Below are positions 31,964-46,632 of a stretch of 64,000 nt of DNA, one piece after another (the first letter of the stretch is position 1; each line of letters begins with the position of its first letter). The translations under genes were made by a program, and so were the position numbers. A model generated the notes under the pieces. That model did not search any database, was not told where the DNA came from, and saw nothing but the letters and a program-made list of their open reading frames with translations. This DNA comes from Polyangiales bacterium. GTDB lineage: Bacteria; Myxococcota_A; Polyangia; Polyangiales; JADJQN01. Location of the stretch: the NCBI GenBank assembly GCA_964202905.1, contig CAXNJO010000001.1:864001-928000 (forward strand), written 5' to 3'.

Positions 31964-33505
31964 ATGGACGCGAGGCCGGGCGCGGGACCGCTCCTCGCCG
32001 CGCTCGTCGTGCTCTGCGGTGCGTGCTCGGCGCGCGATGCGGCGGTGCCCCGCGACGCGGGCTTGGACGCGCCGCGCGACGCGGGCGACCTGCGCGACGG
32101 TGCCCGCGACGCCACCGTGCCGGCGGACGCCGACGTCGAGGGCGGCGTGTCGGACGCGAGCGCCGATGGCAGCGCGGGCGATGCGGGGGCGCGCGATGCG
32201 GGCGTGGATGCCGGCATGGAGGAATTGCTGTGTCCCCTCGAGCGGCGCGTCCCGATGGGCTGCAGGCCCGCGCTCGACGAGGGTGTCGCGGGCCTGTGCG
32301 ATGGCCTCGACGACGATTGCGACGGTCTCGTCGACGACGGCTGCCCGTGCGCGCTCGGCGAGGTGCGCCCGTGCTTCGCGGGGCCGCCGGGGCGTCGCGG
32401 GGTCGGCGCGTGCGCGGACGGCACGCAGCAGTGCGCGGGCGGCTTCGAGATCGGCGCGTGGGGCCCCTGCGTCGGCGGACTCGTGCCCGCCGCAGAGACC
32501 TGCAACGGCCTCGACGACGACTGCAACGGCTGCGCGGACGATCTCGTCGGCTGCGTACCCGACGGCACCTGCCCGGGGCCCGACGATCCGCGCATCCCGG
32601 AGGGCGCGCCCTTCACCGACGTCACGCTGCGCGGCCGCGATTTCTACGCCGGTGACGCGGCGCGCTGGTCGTGGGCGGTCGAGGGCGGCCCCTGCGACGG
32701 TGTGCTGCCGCGCCCCTCGTTCACGCTCCTCGACGGCACGCGCGAGACGGCGAAGTTCGTGCCCACGCTGTCTGGGGATTACACCGTCACGCTGACCGTC
32801 GAGACGGCGGACGGCGCGCTCTTCCGCTGCGTCTTCGTCGTGCACGTGCGCGGTCCCGGGCTGCGCGTCGAGCTCTGCTATCCGGAGAGCGAGAGCGTGG
32901 ATCTCGACCTCTTCCTCTCGGCGCCAGGCACCAGCTCGCCGTGGTTCCTCGACCCGATGGACAAGTTCAGCGCGACGCCCTCCGCGTGCGGCTGGCAGAA
33001 CTGCGAGGCCATCCTGCGCGGGAGCATGGCGCCGGCTGGGATCCCGTATCCGCGCGCGGACTGGGGCTATGCGCCGAGCCCGCTCGCGGAGTGCGAGGGC
33101 GGGCCGCTCGGTGCCGAGTGGGTCGCGCTCGGCGCGTGCGCGAATCCGCGCCTCGACATCGACAACAACCTCGTCGAGGGCATCGGCGTGGCCGAGAACA
33201 TCAACGTCGATGCGCCGCGCGACGGCGAGCGCTTCCGCGTGATGGTCCACAACTTCACGGGTGCGCGCGCGCGCCCGCTCGTGAACGTGTATTGCGAGGG
33301 GCGGCGCGTCGCGACCTTCGGCGCGGCGCCGGACGAGGTCCCCACCTTCTTCTCCACGTCCGGCGGCGTCGGCGCGATGTGGCGCGTCGCCGACGTCACC
33401 ACCCGCCGCGACGCGTCCGGCGCGCTCGCCTGCGACGTCGACCTGCTGCGCCCACCGTGGCGCTGGACGGGCTACGACGTCACCTACGACGACCCGCAGT
33501 TTTGA
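31964..33505 (+). CDS. Lipoprotein with CDGLDDDCDG metal-binding repeats, PKD-like domain and DLDL...LDID...ENIN domain
   Basis: LCGAC lipobox; CDGLDDDCDGLVDDG and CNGLDDDCNG; GDYTVTLTV; DLDLFL, RLDIDN, ENINVD. Confidence 0.75.
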   Translation: MDARPGAGPLLAALVVLCGACSARDAAVPRDAGLDAPRDAGDLRDGARDATVPADADVEGGVSDASADGSAGDAGARDAGVDAGMEELLCPLERRVPMGCRPALDEGVAGLCDGLDDDCDGLVDDGCPCALGEVRPCFAGPPGRRGVGACADGTQQCAGGFEIGAWGPCVGGLVPAAETCNGLDDDCNGCADDLVGCVPDGTCPGPDDPRIPEGAPFTDVTLRGRDFYAGDAARWSWAVEGGPCDGVLPRPSFTLLDGTRETAKFVPTLSGDYTVTLTVETADGALFRCVFVVHVRGPGLRVELCYPESESVDLDLFLSAPGTSSPWFLDPMDKFSATPSACGWQNCEAILRGSMAPAGIPYPRADWGYAPSPLAECEGGPLGAEWVALGACANPRLDIDNNLVEGIGVAENINVDAPRDGERFRVMVHNFTGARARPLVNVYCEGRRVATFGAAPDEVPTFFSTSGGVGAMWRVADVTTRRDASGALACDVDLLRPPWRWTGYDVTYDDPQF

Positions 33506-33718
33506 GTGTTTGCGGCGCGACCCGAGCCCACGTAAGCACCATCGCGCCACCCGGGGGGAAGTCGCCGCGTCCTCCGCGAACATCCCGTGATCGCGGCGCG
33601 CTCTGCGTCGCGTGCCGCGGCGCGCGCGAGGCACGGGCACGCGAAGACGCCCCCGGCGCGGTCCTGATCGGGGGCGCCGGCGAGGCGCGTCAGCCACCCG
33701 CACGGAGCCGTGGCGCGC

Positions 33719-34075
33719 TCAGCGCAAGAACTCCACCCAGCGGATCGTTCCTTCGTCCGCGGTGTACCGAACGAGGACGACACCCTCGATGCGCGCGCCG
33801 GTCGCGCGGTTCGTCCGCCACCACCGCTCGCGTTCGACCGTGTGGGCGCCGACCGTGATCCGCGTGTCCACGGCCGCCCCGACCCCCGCGTATTCCGCGA
33901 ACATCGCCCCGTATCCCGCTCGGAACGCGGCCATCCCGCGCGTTCGGACCGCGCCGTCGTGCCCCATCACCGTCACGTCGGGGTGGTAACAGGCGCAGAA
34001 CGCGTCGAGGTCCGCGGCGTTGTAGGCGCGGAGTTGGGCGGCCGACAGCGCCTCCACCGTGGGCAGCGCGACCAT
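33719..34075 (-). CDS. SnoaL/NTF2-like family protein
   Basis: QLRAYNAADLDAFCACYHPDV...RITVG.HTVERE...Y....G.I; start may be 34147. Confidence 0.75.
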   Translation of the reverse strand: MVALPTVEALSAAQLRAYNAADLDAFCACYHPDVTVMGHDGAVRTRGMAAFRAGYGAMFAEYAGVGAAVDTRITVGAHTVERERWWRTNRATGARIEGVVLVRYTADEGTIRWVEFLR

Positions 34076-34534
34076 GTCGACCCAGTTGGTCGCCGGCTCC
34101 ACCGTGAAGCCCGTCCGGGCGTCCTGGATCGCGGGGCGGCGGGTCATCGGCGGGCGCGGGCGTCGAGTCGGCATGAGCGGTCGGCCATCGTCGCTTGCGA
34201 CGCATGCTCGGGTCCATGGGCAACGACTCACCTCGCCGCCTTCGCAGCACGGCCGCGCGCGGGCGTCCGAGGCTCGGACGCGGCTCGGCACCGAGCAGAC
34301 CAGCGACCTTCTGCGACGCCTCGCTCGACATGCGCAGTGAGGGCGGCTTGTTCCGAGGGAGCCGTCGTCCTGGGCCGAGGGAACAAGGGGCCGATCGACG
34401 GCTCCTATCCCGGACATCTTCACGCTCTCCACACGAGCGAGTCGGTGTTGACAACCCCGGCGAGGCCGTCTTCCCATCGCCTCCGAAGACGTGATCCCGG
34501 TCACCGCAGATGGCCGAACCCAGGAGAAGCTGAG

Positions 34535-35296
34535 ATGCGCGAGGTGCTTCGAAGCGTGGGCGCCGGGGCGCTCGTCGTGTGGATGTCGGCTTGTTCGCCG
34601 GAGCAGCCTTCCGGAACGCCCGACGGCGGCGCCCTCGGCACGGACGCGGGGCCGGTCGACACGGATGCCGCAGGGGTCGCGTCCGATGCCGGCGCGCCCG
34701 TCGAACCGCCCACCGGAGGCGGCCCGCTCGAGGGCTACTGGGTGTGGGACCGACGCGTCGAGGGCAGTGAGGTCCAGATGGGCACGATCGACATGGGGCA
34801 GATGAAGCTCGCGTTCGGCATGGACAACGCGCGCTGCCACTACGTGTGGAACGAGACCACGCGCTCGGACTTCCACACCGAGTGCACGTACACGGTCGAC
34901 GGCGACATGTTGACGTTCACAGCGACGGCGGACTCCGACGGCACGGCGGCAGGCTGGTCCTGCGCCCACCCGGATTGGACCAACTGGAATGACCGCCCCG
35001 CCGTCCAGTACGGGCGCTTTCGAGTCATGGGCGACGAACTCTGGGTGGGCGTCAACACGTACTGGGGGTTCGGCGGTGGCGTGAACGACATCCCTCGGAA
35101 CAACTCGGCCAAGCGCTTTCCGTTCTGGGAGAGCCTCGACCAGGCGAGCAGGCTCGAGAGCTGGATCGTCTTTCGCCGCGTGAGCCGCGCCGACTGGTAC
35201 GACCGCTACGCGATCAGCACGAACTGTCAGGGCACCCCCGAGCTGTGCTCGACGCTCCCGGGATGTGGGGCGGGCGACCGCGGGTACGTCGACTGA
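34535..35296 (+). CDS. Hypothetical lipoprotein (lipocalin-like LEGYW motif)
   Basis: WMSAC lipobox, AGGAG upstream, DAG linker, then a Trp-rich beta domain. Confidence 0.65.
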   Translation: MREVLRSVGAGALVVWMSACSPEQPSGTPDGGALGTDAGPVDTDAAGVASDAGAPVEPPTGGGPLEGYWVWDRRVEGSEVQMGTIDMGQMKLAFGMDNARCHYVWNETTRSDFHTECTYTVDGDMLTFTATADSDGTAAGWSCAHPDWTNWNDRPAVQYGRFRVMGDELWVGVNTYWGFGGGVNDIPRNNSAKRFPFWESLDQASRLESWIVFRRVSRADWYDRYAISTNCQGTPELCSTLPGCGAGDRGYVD

Positions 35297-35493
35297 GCGC
35301 CGCGGAATCGGCGGCGTCGGGCGAGGTCGCGCGGCGCGTACGGAGGCGCGGCCGCGGGTGGGATCGACCGGCACGCCGCTCCGGAAGAGTCATCACCCTT
35401 CCATGCAGGGATGGGATGCGTCGCTGCGGCGCATCCGTGCGTTCTTTCCAGCGTATTCACCGGGATTCCCTGCCTCCCGCACGACGCCCGACG

Positions 35494-38649
<3,156 letters not shown>

Positions 38650-38672
38650 GAGCGGACCTCCGAGGGATCCGA

Positions 38673-38701
38673 TCGGTACTGAACATGGGCGCAGGTGTCA
38701 A
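38673..38701 (-). promoter_or_regulatory. Sigma70-type promoter of dnaE2 with LexA-type box between -35 and -10
   Basis: Minus strand TTGACA-C-CTGCGCCCATGTTCAG-TACCGA; box at 38679..38694. Confidence 0.7.
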
Positions 38702-38777
38702 CGCGACAGCGGTCGGAGCACGCGAGCCGGGTGGCGCGCCGTGCGGTGGCGTGTTCGCCCGGTGGCGCGCCGCGCGC

Positions 38778-39080
38778 TCAGCGTCGCCTCTTGCGGGCCA
38801 TCAGCGCACACAGGTCGCCGATGGTCGTCGGTGCCTCGATCGGGTGGCGCAGTCCGCGGTCGAGGTGGACCTGGTAGTGGTTGCGGCGACCGTCGCGTTC
38901 GCGCGTGAGGTACTCCGCCGCCTCGAGCTCGCCGACGATGCGCTGCGCGGCGCGCTCCGTGATGCCGACGCGCTGCGCGACGTCACGCAGGAGGAGATCG
39001 GGCTCACGCGCGAGCAGCAGCAGCACGTGCCCGTGGTTCGTGAAGAACGTCCACGCGGGCATCTCTTCAGGCTGGGACAT
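38778..39080 (-). CDS. Winged-helix (ArsR/MarR-like) transcriptional regulator
   Basis: WTFFTNHGHVL...LRDVAQRVGITERAAQRIV.EL...R.RDGRRNHY. Confidence 0.85.
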   Translation of the reverse strand: MSQPEEMPAWTFFTNHGHVLLLLAREPDLLLRDVAQRVGITERAAQRIVGELEAAEYLTRERDGRRNHYQVHLDRGLRHPIEAPTTIGDLCALMARKRRR

Positions 39081-39130
39081 CACGGTGCGCCTCCCGGTTA
39101 CCGCGAACTAGCACATCGAAGTCACGATTC

Positions 39131-39170
39131 GCAATTGACGTTTTTCAATGCGGGAAATAAAAATCGCGTC
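39131..39170. promoter_or_regulatory. AT-rich divergent promoter/operator between regulator and ABC exporter
   Basis: ATTGA-CGTTTT-TCAAT palindrome at 39134..39149 containing TTGACG, followed by AAATAAAAAT. Confidence 0.5.
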
Positions 39171-39214
39171 ATGGACCGCCGTCGTCGCGCCGCGCCGCCC
39201 TGGGACCCGACCCG

Positions 39215-41613
39215 ATGACACCCACCTCGCCCGAGGTTGGCCCGCCCGGGGGAAGCGGGACGGAGCGCGCGCCTGCGGCACCCGGTCGCCCGGACGGGGA
39301 CGAGGGCGCAGCGACCCGCGGTCTCGAGGGGCGTGCACGCGCCAGCTACCCGGCGCTCCGCGCGCTCTGTGAGGCCTACGACCTGCAGCCGGACGTGCGC
39401 ACCGTGCTCCGCGCGCTCTCGGTCGCGAGCCGGCTCGAGGTCGACGCGCCGTCGTCGCCGGGTGATGCACCTCCCTTGCTCCGCGTGCTCGCGCGGGCGC
39501 TCCCCGAGGTCGGGCTGCGTGCGTACGTCGGGCACGGTGCGGGCGCAGCGCTCGCGACGGCGGCTGCGCGCAGCGGGGTCTGCGTGGCGCTCGCGGGCGA
39601 CACCGACGAGGACGCCCCGCACGCCGTGCTCGGCCTCGTCACGGCGGAGGGCGCGCGGGTCGCGCTGCGGCGCCTCCGGCTCGTCGCGTCCCCCGGGGAT
39701 GACGTGTCCGCGCCGCCGCCGGACGACGCGGAGGCGCCGGTGTCGGTCGACGCGGGGGCGCTCGCCGCCGCCCTCGGCGCTGCGCCGGACGCTTCACTGT
39801 GGTGGATCTCCGCCTCGCCGCTGCTGCCCCTCGGTGCGCTCGGTCCCGAGGGGGGCGAGGGCCATGGACCGGCGGGCGCAGGGAAGGATGGCCACGCGCC
39901 GGGCGGCGACGCGCACGACGACGGCCGTTCGCCGTTCGCGCGGCTGCGTACGCTCGCGCGCCTCGAGCGCGACGATCTCTGGATCGTGCTCGTTTACGCG
40001 ACCGGCGTCGGTCTGCTCTCGCTCGCGACGCCGGTCGCGGTGCAGGCGCTCGTGAACACGGTGGCCTTCGGCGCGCTGGTGTTCCCGGTCGTCGTGCTCG
40101 CGCTCCTGCTCGCCGGTGTGCTCGCCTTCGCGGGGGTGCTCCATGCGCTGCAGATGCAGGTCGTCGAGACGATCCAGCAGCGCGTGTTCACGCGGGTCGC
40201 GCTCGATCTCGCCCACCGCCTGCCACGCGTACGCGCGGAGGCGCTCGACCGCTCTTGGGGCCCGGAGCTGGTGAACCGCTTCTTCGACGTGCTCACCGTG
40301 CAGAAGTCCGCGAGCACCTTCCTGCTCGACGGTCTCTCGCTCGTGCTCTCGGCGGGCATCGGGATGCTCGTCCTCGCCTTCTACCACCCGGCGCTGCTCG
40401 CCTTCGACCTCGTGCTCGTGGTCTCGGTCAGCGGACTTCTCTGGGGCCTCGGTCGGCGTGGCCCGTACACCGCGATCCGTGAATCGAAGGCGAAGTACCG
40501 CGTGGCGGCGTGGCTCGAGGATCTCGCCCGCAGCGGCGCGACCTTCCGCTCGCCGCACGGCGCGGAGTTCGCGTCGTCGCGCGCGGACGAACTCGCGAGG
40601 GCCTACCTCGGCGCACGGAGGGAATCTTTCAAGGTGGTGTTTCGGCAGTACGCGGGTGTCCTCGCGTTGCAGGCGATCGCGACGGGGACCCTGCTGGGTC
40701 TCGGCGGTTGGCTCGTGGTGGCCCGTCAGCTCACGCTCGGCCAGCTCGTCGCTTCGGAACTCATCGTCGCGACCGTCGTCTCCAACCTCTCGAAGCTCGG
40801 CCGCAAGATCGACGCGTACTACGACCTGCTCGCGGCCGTCGACAAGCTCGGGCATCTCGCCGATCTCCCGCTCGAGCGCGCGCACGCGGCGCGACGCTCC
40901 CGCGCGCAGTGGGGCCCGCGTCGCTCGTCGTGCAAGGGCTGTCCTACACCTACGAGGGGGGCGAGACGCTCGCGGTGCCGTCCTTCACGCTCACCGCGGG
41001 CGAGCGTGTCGCGCTCGTCGGCGGCGCGGGCGCGGGCAAGTCGACGGTGGCCGATGTCCTCTACGGGCTGCGTGCGCCGAGCCAGGGCACGATCGAACTC
41101 GACGGCGTGGACGTGCGTGAGCTCGCGCCGCACGCGCTGCGGGCCCGCGTCGCGCTGATCCGCCCGGCGGACGCGCTCGTCGTCGAGGGAACGCTCGCGG
41201 ACAACGTCGCGCTCGGGCGGACTGCGATCGGGCACGCCGAGGCGCGCGTGGCGCTCGACGCGGTCGGTCTGACGGAGCGCGTGCGCGCGCTGCCGCAGGG
41301 GCTCGCGACGCCGCTCGCGGCGACGGGCGCGCCGCTCGGCAGCTCGGATCTGCGTCGGCTCGGGGTCGCGCGCGCGATCGCGGGGGCGCCGCGGCTCATC
41401 GTCGTGGATGGCGGCGTCGCGGGGCTCGACCTCGAGGCGCGTGAGCGGGTGCAGGCCGCGCTCACCGCGCCCGGCGCGCCCTGGTCGCTCGTCGTCCTCG
41501 CGGCGCCGGATGATCCGCTCGTCGGCGCTTGCGATCGCGTGCTGCGGCTCGAGTCTCACACCCTCGGCGAGGGACCGCACGGCGCGGCTGGTCACGAGCG
41601 GGGGGCGGCGTGA
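39215..41613 (+). CDS. Type I secretion-like ABC transporter (TMD + degenerate NBD); frameshift near 40885
   Basis: LSLATPVAVQALVN, ELVNRFFD, LTLGQLVASEL; Walker A GGAGAGKST in ORF 40510..41613; signature LGSSD and Walker B VVDG are atypical. Confidence 0.85.
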
Positions 41614-42962
41614 GCGGCCCCACTGAGGCGAACGACGTCGCGCTCGGGATGTCGTCGGAGGCGGCCGATCGCGCTGCACACATGCTCGTTCGTTCGCCGC
41701 GGGCTGCACGGGTCGTGGCGCGGTTGCTGCTCGCGCTGACGCTGCTCTGCGCGCTCGCGCTCTTCTCGCCCTGGCAGCAATCGGCGCCATCGATGGGCAA
41801 GGTCGTCGCGTTCACCCCGCTCGAGCGACGGCAGACGATCGAGGCGCCGATCGAGGGGCGCGTCTCTCGCTGGTCCGTGCAGGAGGGGACGCGCGTCGAG
41901 ACGGGGGACATCCTCGTCGAGCTCTCCGACAACGACCCGCTCATCCTGCAGCGGCTGCGTGACGAGCGCGCCGGCATCTCCGCGCGGCTGGTCGCCGTGC
42001 GCGCGCGCGCCGACGCGCTCGGGGACCGCATCGAGTTCGTCACGGCCTCGCGCAGCAGCGCGCTCGACGCGGCCGCCGCCCGTGTGCGCATGGCCGAGGA
42101 CCGTGTGCGCTCTGCGGCGCAGGCCGTCACGGCGGGTGAGGCCGCGCACCTCGCCGCGGAGCTGCAGGTCGAGCGGCAGCGCGGCCTCGAGGCCGATGGG
42201 CTCGCGTCCCGGCGCACGCTCGAGCTCGCCGAGGCCGATCTCACGCGGACGCGCACGGACGTCGAGCGCGCCGAGGCGATGCTCTCGGCTTCCCGCGCAG
42301 AGGAGCGCGCCTTGCGCAGCGACCAGCAGAAGATCGGCAACGACACAGGCGCCGCGATCGACGATGCGCGTGCGTCGCGGGCGAGTGCGGTCGGTGAGGC
42401 GGGCGCTGCGGAGGCGGAGCTCGCGCGCATCGACGTGCGCCTCGCGCGGCAGGAGACGATGGTCGTGCGCGCGCCGGCGCCGGGCACGGTGCTGCGGCTC
42501 TCGGGCGGTGTCGGTGGCGAGATGGTGAAGGCCGGCGATTCGCTGCTCGTCTTCGTGCCGGACACCGAGCACCGCGCGGTGGAGCTGTGGGTCGACGGGG
42601 TCGACATCCCGCTCATCGCGGAGGGGCGCAGGGTGCGCATCCAGTTCGAGGGTTGGCCCGCGGTGCAGTTCACCGGCTGGCCGAGCGTCGCGGTCGGCAC
42701 CTTCGGGGGCCGCGTGACGCTCATCGACGCGACGGACGACGGGCAGGGGCGCTTCCGCATCGTGGTGACGCCCGACCTCCGCGACGAGCCCTGGCCAAGT
42801 GGCCGCTACCTGCGGCAGGGCGTCCGCGCGAACGGCTGGGTGCTGCTCGATCAGGTCACGCTCGGCTACGAGCTCTGGCGCCGCTTCAACGGCTTCCCGC
42901 CCGTGGTCGCGCTGAGCGAATCGGGCGGCGCATCGGCCTCCGGCAAGGAGAAGTCCAAGTGA
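41610..42962 (+). CDS. HlyD family membrane fusion protein
   Basis: One TM, PWQQ, IEAPIEGRV, coiled coil, VRAPAPGTV, FEGWPAVQFTGWP; GTGA overlap with the ABC gene. Confidence 0.92.
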   Translation: MSGPTEANDVALGMSSEAADRAAHMLVRSPRAARVVARLLLALTLLCALALFSPWQQSAPSMGKVVAFTPLERRQTIEAPIEGRVSRWSVQEGTRVETGDILVELSDNDPLILQRLRDERAGISARLVAVRARADALGDRIEFVTASRSSALDAAAARVRMAEDRVRSAAQAVTAGEAAHLAAELQVERQRGLEADGLASRRTLELAEADLTRTRTDVERAEAMLSASRAEERALRSDQQKIGNDTGAAIDDARASRASAVGEAGAAEAELARIDVRLARQETMVVRAPAPGTVLRLSGGVGGEMVKAGDSLLVFVPDTEHRAVELWVDGVDIPLIAEGRRVRIQFEGWPAVQFTGWPSVAVGTFGGRVTLIDATDDGQGRFRIVVTPDLRDEPWPSGRYLRQGVRANGWVLLDQVTLGYELWRRFNGFPPVVALSESGGASASGKEKSK

Positions 42963-44515
42963 GCGCGCGGCCGCGCGGCGCAGCACTGCGCGCGGTCGCA
43001 GTAGGCGCGGTCGTCGTCGCAGCCATCACCATCCTTCAACAGGGTGTTGCGTGGGCGCAGCCGTTCGATGGCGGCGGCGCGGCAGGGCCGACCGGCGAGC
43101 CGCCCCCGGCGCCCGCGGGGCCGCCGCTCACGCTCGGTGAGGTGCTCGCGAGCGTCGAGGCTACCTACCCGCTCCTCGACGCGGCGCGCAGCGACATCGA
43201 GGCGGCGGAGGCCGAGCAGCTCGCGGCCGACGGTGCGTTCGATCCGCTCTGGCGCACGCGCGCGTCGCTCTTCGCCGGGGGCTACGGCTATGGCCGCCTC
43301 GACATGCTCGTCGAGGAGCCGACGCCGCTGTGGGGCGCGAGCTTCTTCGTGGGTTACCGCTACGGCCGCGGGAAGATCCAAGACTACTACCAAGAGCTCG
43401 AGACGCTGCAGTACGGCGAGCTGCGCGCGGGCCTGCAGGTCCCGCTCTGGCGCAACGGCCCGATCGATCGGCGCCGCGCGTCCATCGCGCGCGCGGATCT
43501 GGGCTTCGAGCTCGCGGAGCTCGGCGTCGCGGTGAGCCGGCTTGAGGCCGTGCGGCTCGCGTCGGTGCGCTACGCGGAGTGGGTCGCCGCGGGGCGTCGC
43601 GCGGAGATCGCGCGGACGCTGCTCGCGCTCGCGACGACGCGCGACGCGCAGGTCGCGGCGCGGGCTGCGCGCGGCGACGTCCCTGCGCTCGAGCGTGTCG
43701 AGAACCAGCGCCTCGTGCTCCAGCGTGAGGCCGCAGTCGTCGCGGCCGAGCGCAGCCTCGTGCAGGCGGGGCTCGAGCTCTCGCTCTACTACCGCGGGTC
43801 GGACGGGCGGCCACGCGTGCCGTCGAGCGCGCGGCTGCCTGCGGCGATGCCGGAGCCGCGCGCGATCGGCCAGGCCGAGGCCCGCCGTGCGCGGACGCAG
43901 GCCGAGGCGCGGCGCCCGGAGCCCCGGCGCTTCGAGCGCGCGCGCGCGCAGCTCGAGGTCGATCGCGACCTCGCGGAGAATCAGGCAGCGCCCGCGATCG
44001 ACGTCATCCTCTTCGCCTCGCAGGATCTCGGCGCGCGTGACGTCGCCGACCCGACGCTCAGCCGCGCCCACATCCCGCAGATCGAGGCCTCGGTGCAGCT
44101 CGAGATCCCCGTGCTCGACCGAGTCGCCCGCGGCCGTGCGGCGGCCGCCTCCGCGGGCATGACGCGGCTCGACGCGCAGCGCGAGCTCGCGCTCGATCGC
44201 GTGCGTGCCGAGGTGCGTGATGCGCTCTCCGCGCTCGACGCCGCGCAGCGCCGCGTCGCGCTCGTGCGGCGCGAGGTCGAGGTCACCGCGCAGCTCGAGG
44301 CGGCCGAGCGGCAGCGCTTCGAGGCCGGCGATTCCACGCTCTTCGTCGTCAACCTGCGCGAGCAGGCGACAGCCGAGGCCCGCATCCGCGAGGTCGACAC
44401 GCTCCTCGACTGGCAGCGCGCGTCGGCCGCATTCCGCGCCGCGACGGCCGAGGACGTCGGCCCGATCGTCAACCGGGGTCGGGTCTCGGACGCGCGCCCC
44501 GGCGAAGATCTCTGA
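42959..44515 (+). CDS. TolC family outer membrane protein
   Basis: Signal peptide; LTLGEVL, GAFDP, ERQRFEAGDSTLFVVNLRE; overlaps the hlyD stop. Confidence 0.9.
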   Translation: MSARPRGAALRAVAVGAVVVAAITILQQGVAWAQPFDGGGAAGPTGEPPPAPAGPPLTLGEVLASVEATYPLLDAARSDIEAAEAEQLAADGAFDPLWRTRASLFAGGYGYGRLDMLVEEPTPLWGASFFVGYRYGRGKIQDYYQELETLQYGELRAGLQVPLWRNGPIDRRRASIARADLGFELAELGVAVSRLEAVRLASVRYAEWVAAGRRAEIARTLLALATTRDAQVAARAARGDVPALERVENQRLVLQREAAVVAAERSLVQAGLELSLYYRGSDGRPRVPSSARLPAAMPEPRAIGQAEARRARTQAEARRPEPRRFERARAQLEVDRDLAENQAAPAIDVILFASQDLGARDVADPTLSRAHIPQIEASVQLEIPVLDRVARGRAAAASAGMTRLDAQRELALDRVRAEVRDALSALDAAQRRVALVRREVEVTAQLEAAERQRFEAGDSTLFVVNLREQATAEARIREVDTLLDWQRASAAFRAATAEDVGPIVNRGRVSDARPGEDL

Positions 44516-44680
44516 CGACGTCGCTCACGAGGACTGGCGCGGCGAGCGCGCGATCGTCCAGCCCGACGCAGGGTCGTCGTCCGACGCGGACTTGACCCCG
44601 GCGCCCGCCCGTGGGCATGACGCAGCCGTCCGCGCATCGTTCGGTCGCCTTTTCACTCTCGCCTCACTGTGGGTCACGAC

Positions 44681-45824
44681 ATGCATCGCACGTTCTTCGC
44701 CAAGGCTCTGCTCCTCTCTCTCGCCGCCGGCTGCTCGTCGTCCGTGTCGTCGTCGGCCAACGCGACGTTGCCGGCCCCCGCGCCGCCTGCCGTGCAGGCC
44801 GAGGCCGTCGACGCGACATCGACGGCGGCCGAGGCCGGCGCCGCGTCGCAGCAAATGACCATCACCCAAGGGGGTGCACCGCAACTCGCCGCGCCGACGA
44901 CGGCGCGCGTGGCGCAGTCCGGGGACGCGGCGACGCGCTGTGCGCGGCTGGCCGGCCTGTGCCTCGAGGATGTGGGGCGGATGATGAGCTTCCTCGGCGC
45001 GACGGCCGAGCAGTCGCGCGTCGCCCTCGATCGTCTTCGCCCCGCCTACGGCGATCGATTCGTCGGCCGATGCGCCACGGCGACCCCGGAGACGCTCTCG
45101 TGCGTGGAGACGGCCGAGAACGCCTTCACCGGGCTCGCCCGCTGCGGGATCAACAAGGGCAGGGCCTTTTCCGACGTGTTGGTCCTCGAAGAAGGCGGCC
45201 GCCACGAGGTGCGTTGGCGGGCCGACGAGCGTGAGGTGACGGACGCGGCAGGGGCCGCCGCGCTCCGCGCCGCGATGGTCGGCTCCTGGGCCCAGCGGCA
45301 GATGGGCATGTGGACGTTCACGGCCGAGGGCGGTGCGACGCAGACGAGCCGTGTCGGCCAGACGGACCGCGTCGACACCTCGGCAGTTCACGACGACGAG
45401 CCGCGCGCGCATCATGTCGGCGCCGATCGGTCTCTGGTCGGCGGTCGTGGACGGAGATCTCCTCTATCTGAACGGCACCTCCGGAGGGGCCGGATACGCC
45501 GAAGCGCAGCCCATCGCAGAAGATGGTACGGCGATCGCGGTCAGCTTCGGTCTCTGGGCGATTCAAGATATCCACGGGACGCCGCGCTGCACGGGATTCA
45601 GCTGGTGGGGGCAGCCCGTGGAGTCGGCCCAGTGTGTGTGGGAGGGCCAGGGCGACGCGCGCCGACTCCGGATCATGGCGGGGTTCGGCCACGACCTCCT
45701 CTCCGGTGAGCCGGCCCCGCCGTCGCCGGTTCGCCTGCGGGAGATGTCCGGCCATCTCGTCGGGAACAACGACTTTCACTTCTTCCAGCGCGTTCGTCCG
45801 AGCGGCGCTGCGCCCACGCGCTGA
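44681..45824 (+). CDS. Hypothetical lipoprotein; frameshift near 45385
   Basis: LAAGC lipobox in ORF 44669; plausible protein continues in ORF 45333..45824 (IMSAPIGLWSAVVDG...). Confidence 0.55.
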
Positions 45825-45882
45825 AACAGCGCGTCGTGCGCGGTGTTCGGCGGGCCGACGGCGACGCGTGCGTGCGTCGTCG

Positions 45883-46591
45883 TCAGTGCCCGAGCTCGAA
45901 GCGCAGGCCGCCGCCGAACCACGTCGTGTACGAGAAGCAGCACGCCGGCGTCCGCGCAGCGGGGCGGGCACGGTCGTCAGATCGATCGGCCGCCTCCCCG
46001 TAGACCACGAGCCACGGCGCGAGGCGGATGAGCGTGCCGATGCTCGCGCGGCCGCCCTCGCCCTCGAGACCCGCGCGTCTCGCGGCGCACGTAGGCAAAG
46101 CGGAACGACAGCGCGAAGAGGCCGGTCCCACGAGGTGTCGAGGCGCACCCCCGCCGACCACGCGAGGTAGGGCGCCGATCGGACCGCCGCTCTCGCGCCG
46201 CGGAGCGCGCGTCGATCCATGCTGGACCGAGCCCTCGAACGTGAACCCACCGTGGCCGACGCCGAGCGTGCCGCGCAGCAGATCGACCGCTCGTGCTCCG
46301 GCAGCGTGCACCCCGTCGGCGGTGCGTGGGCAGCGCCTCGGGCGGCACCTCGGGCGGCAGGCCGGGCATCTCCGTCACCGGCTCGCAGAGCCCCCGCGAA
46401 GGACGCGGGCACCACGAAGTCGGACCGCGCTGCTTGCCCGTAGCCGACGTCGACGATCGAAGTGCCACGGTGAGGGCTGGCGGCTCGTCTGCCCGGCGCG
46501 CGGCGGGGCGTCTGCGCATGCGTCGTCGCACGCCGTGTGTGAGCACGAGCGCGAAGACGAGCGCAGTGAGCCGGTTGGGACGGGACCCCAC
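45883..46591 (-). pseudogene. Multiply frameshifted exported protein remnant
   Basis: Signal-like RLTALVFALVL at 46591; fragments in several frames; ends WFGGGLRFELGH like a beta-barrel C-terminus. Confidence 0.35.
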
Positions 46592-46632
46592 GTGAGGCTA
46601 CATCGACGCCCCGTCGCCGGGGCTTGAAGGGG

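Noticed and set aside
35385..35490. Lower-GC intergenic segment with small hairpins as a possible ncRNA
   Set aside because: Only short stems between convergent genes; no recognisable RNA family
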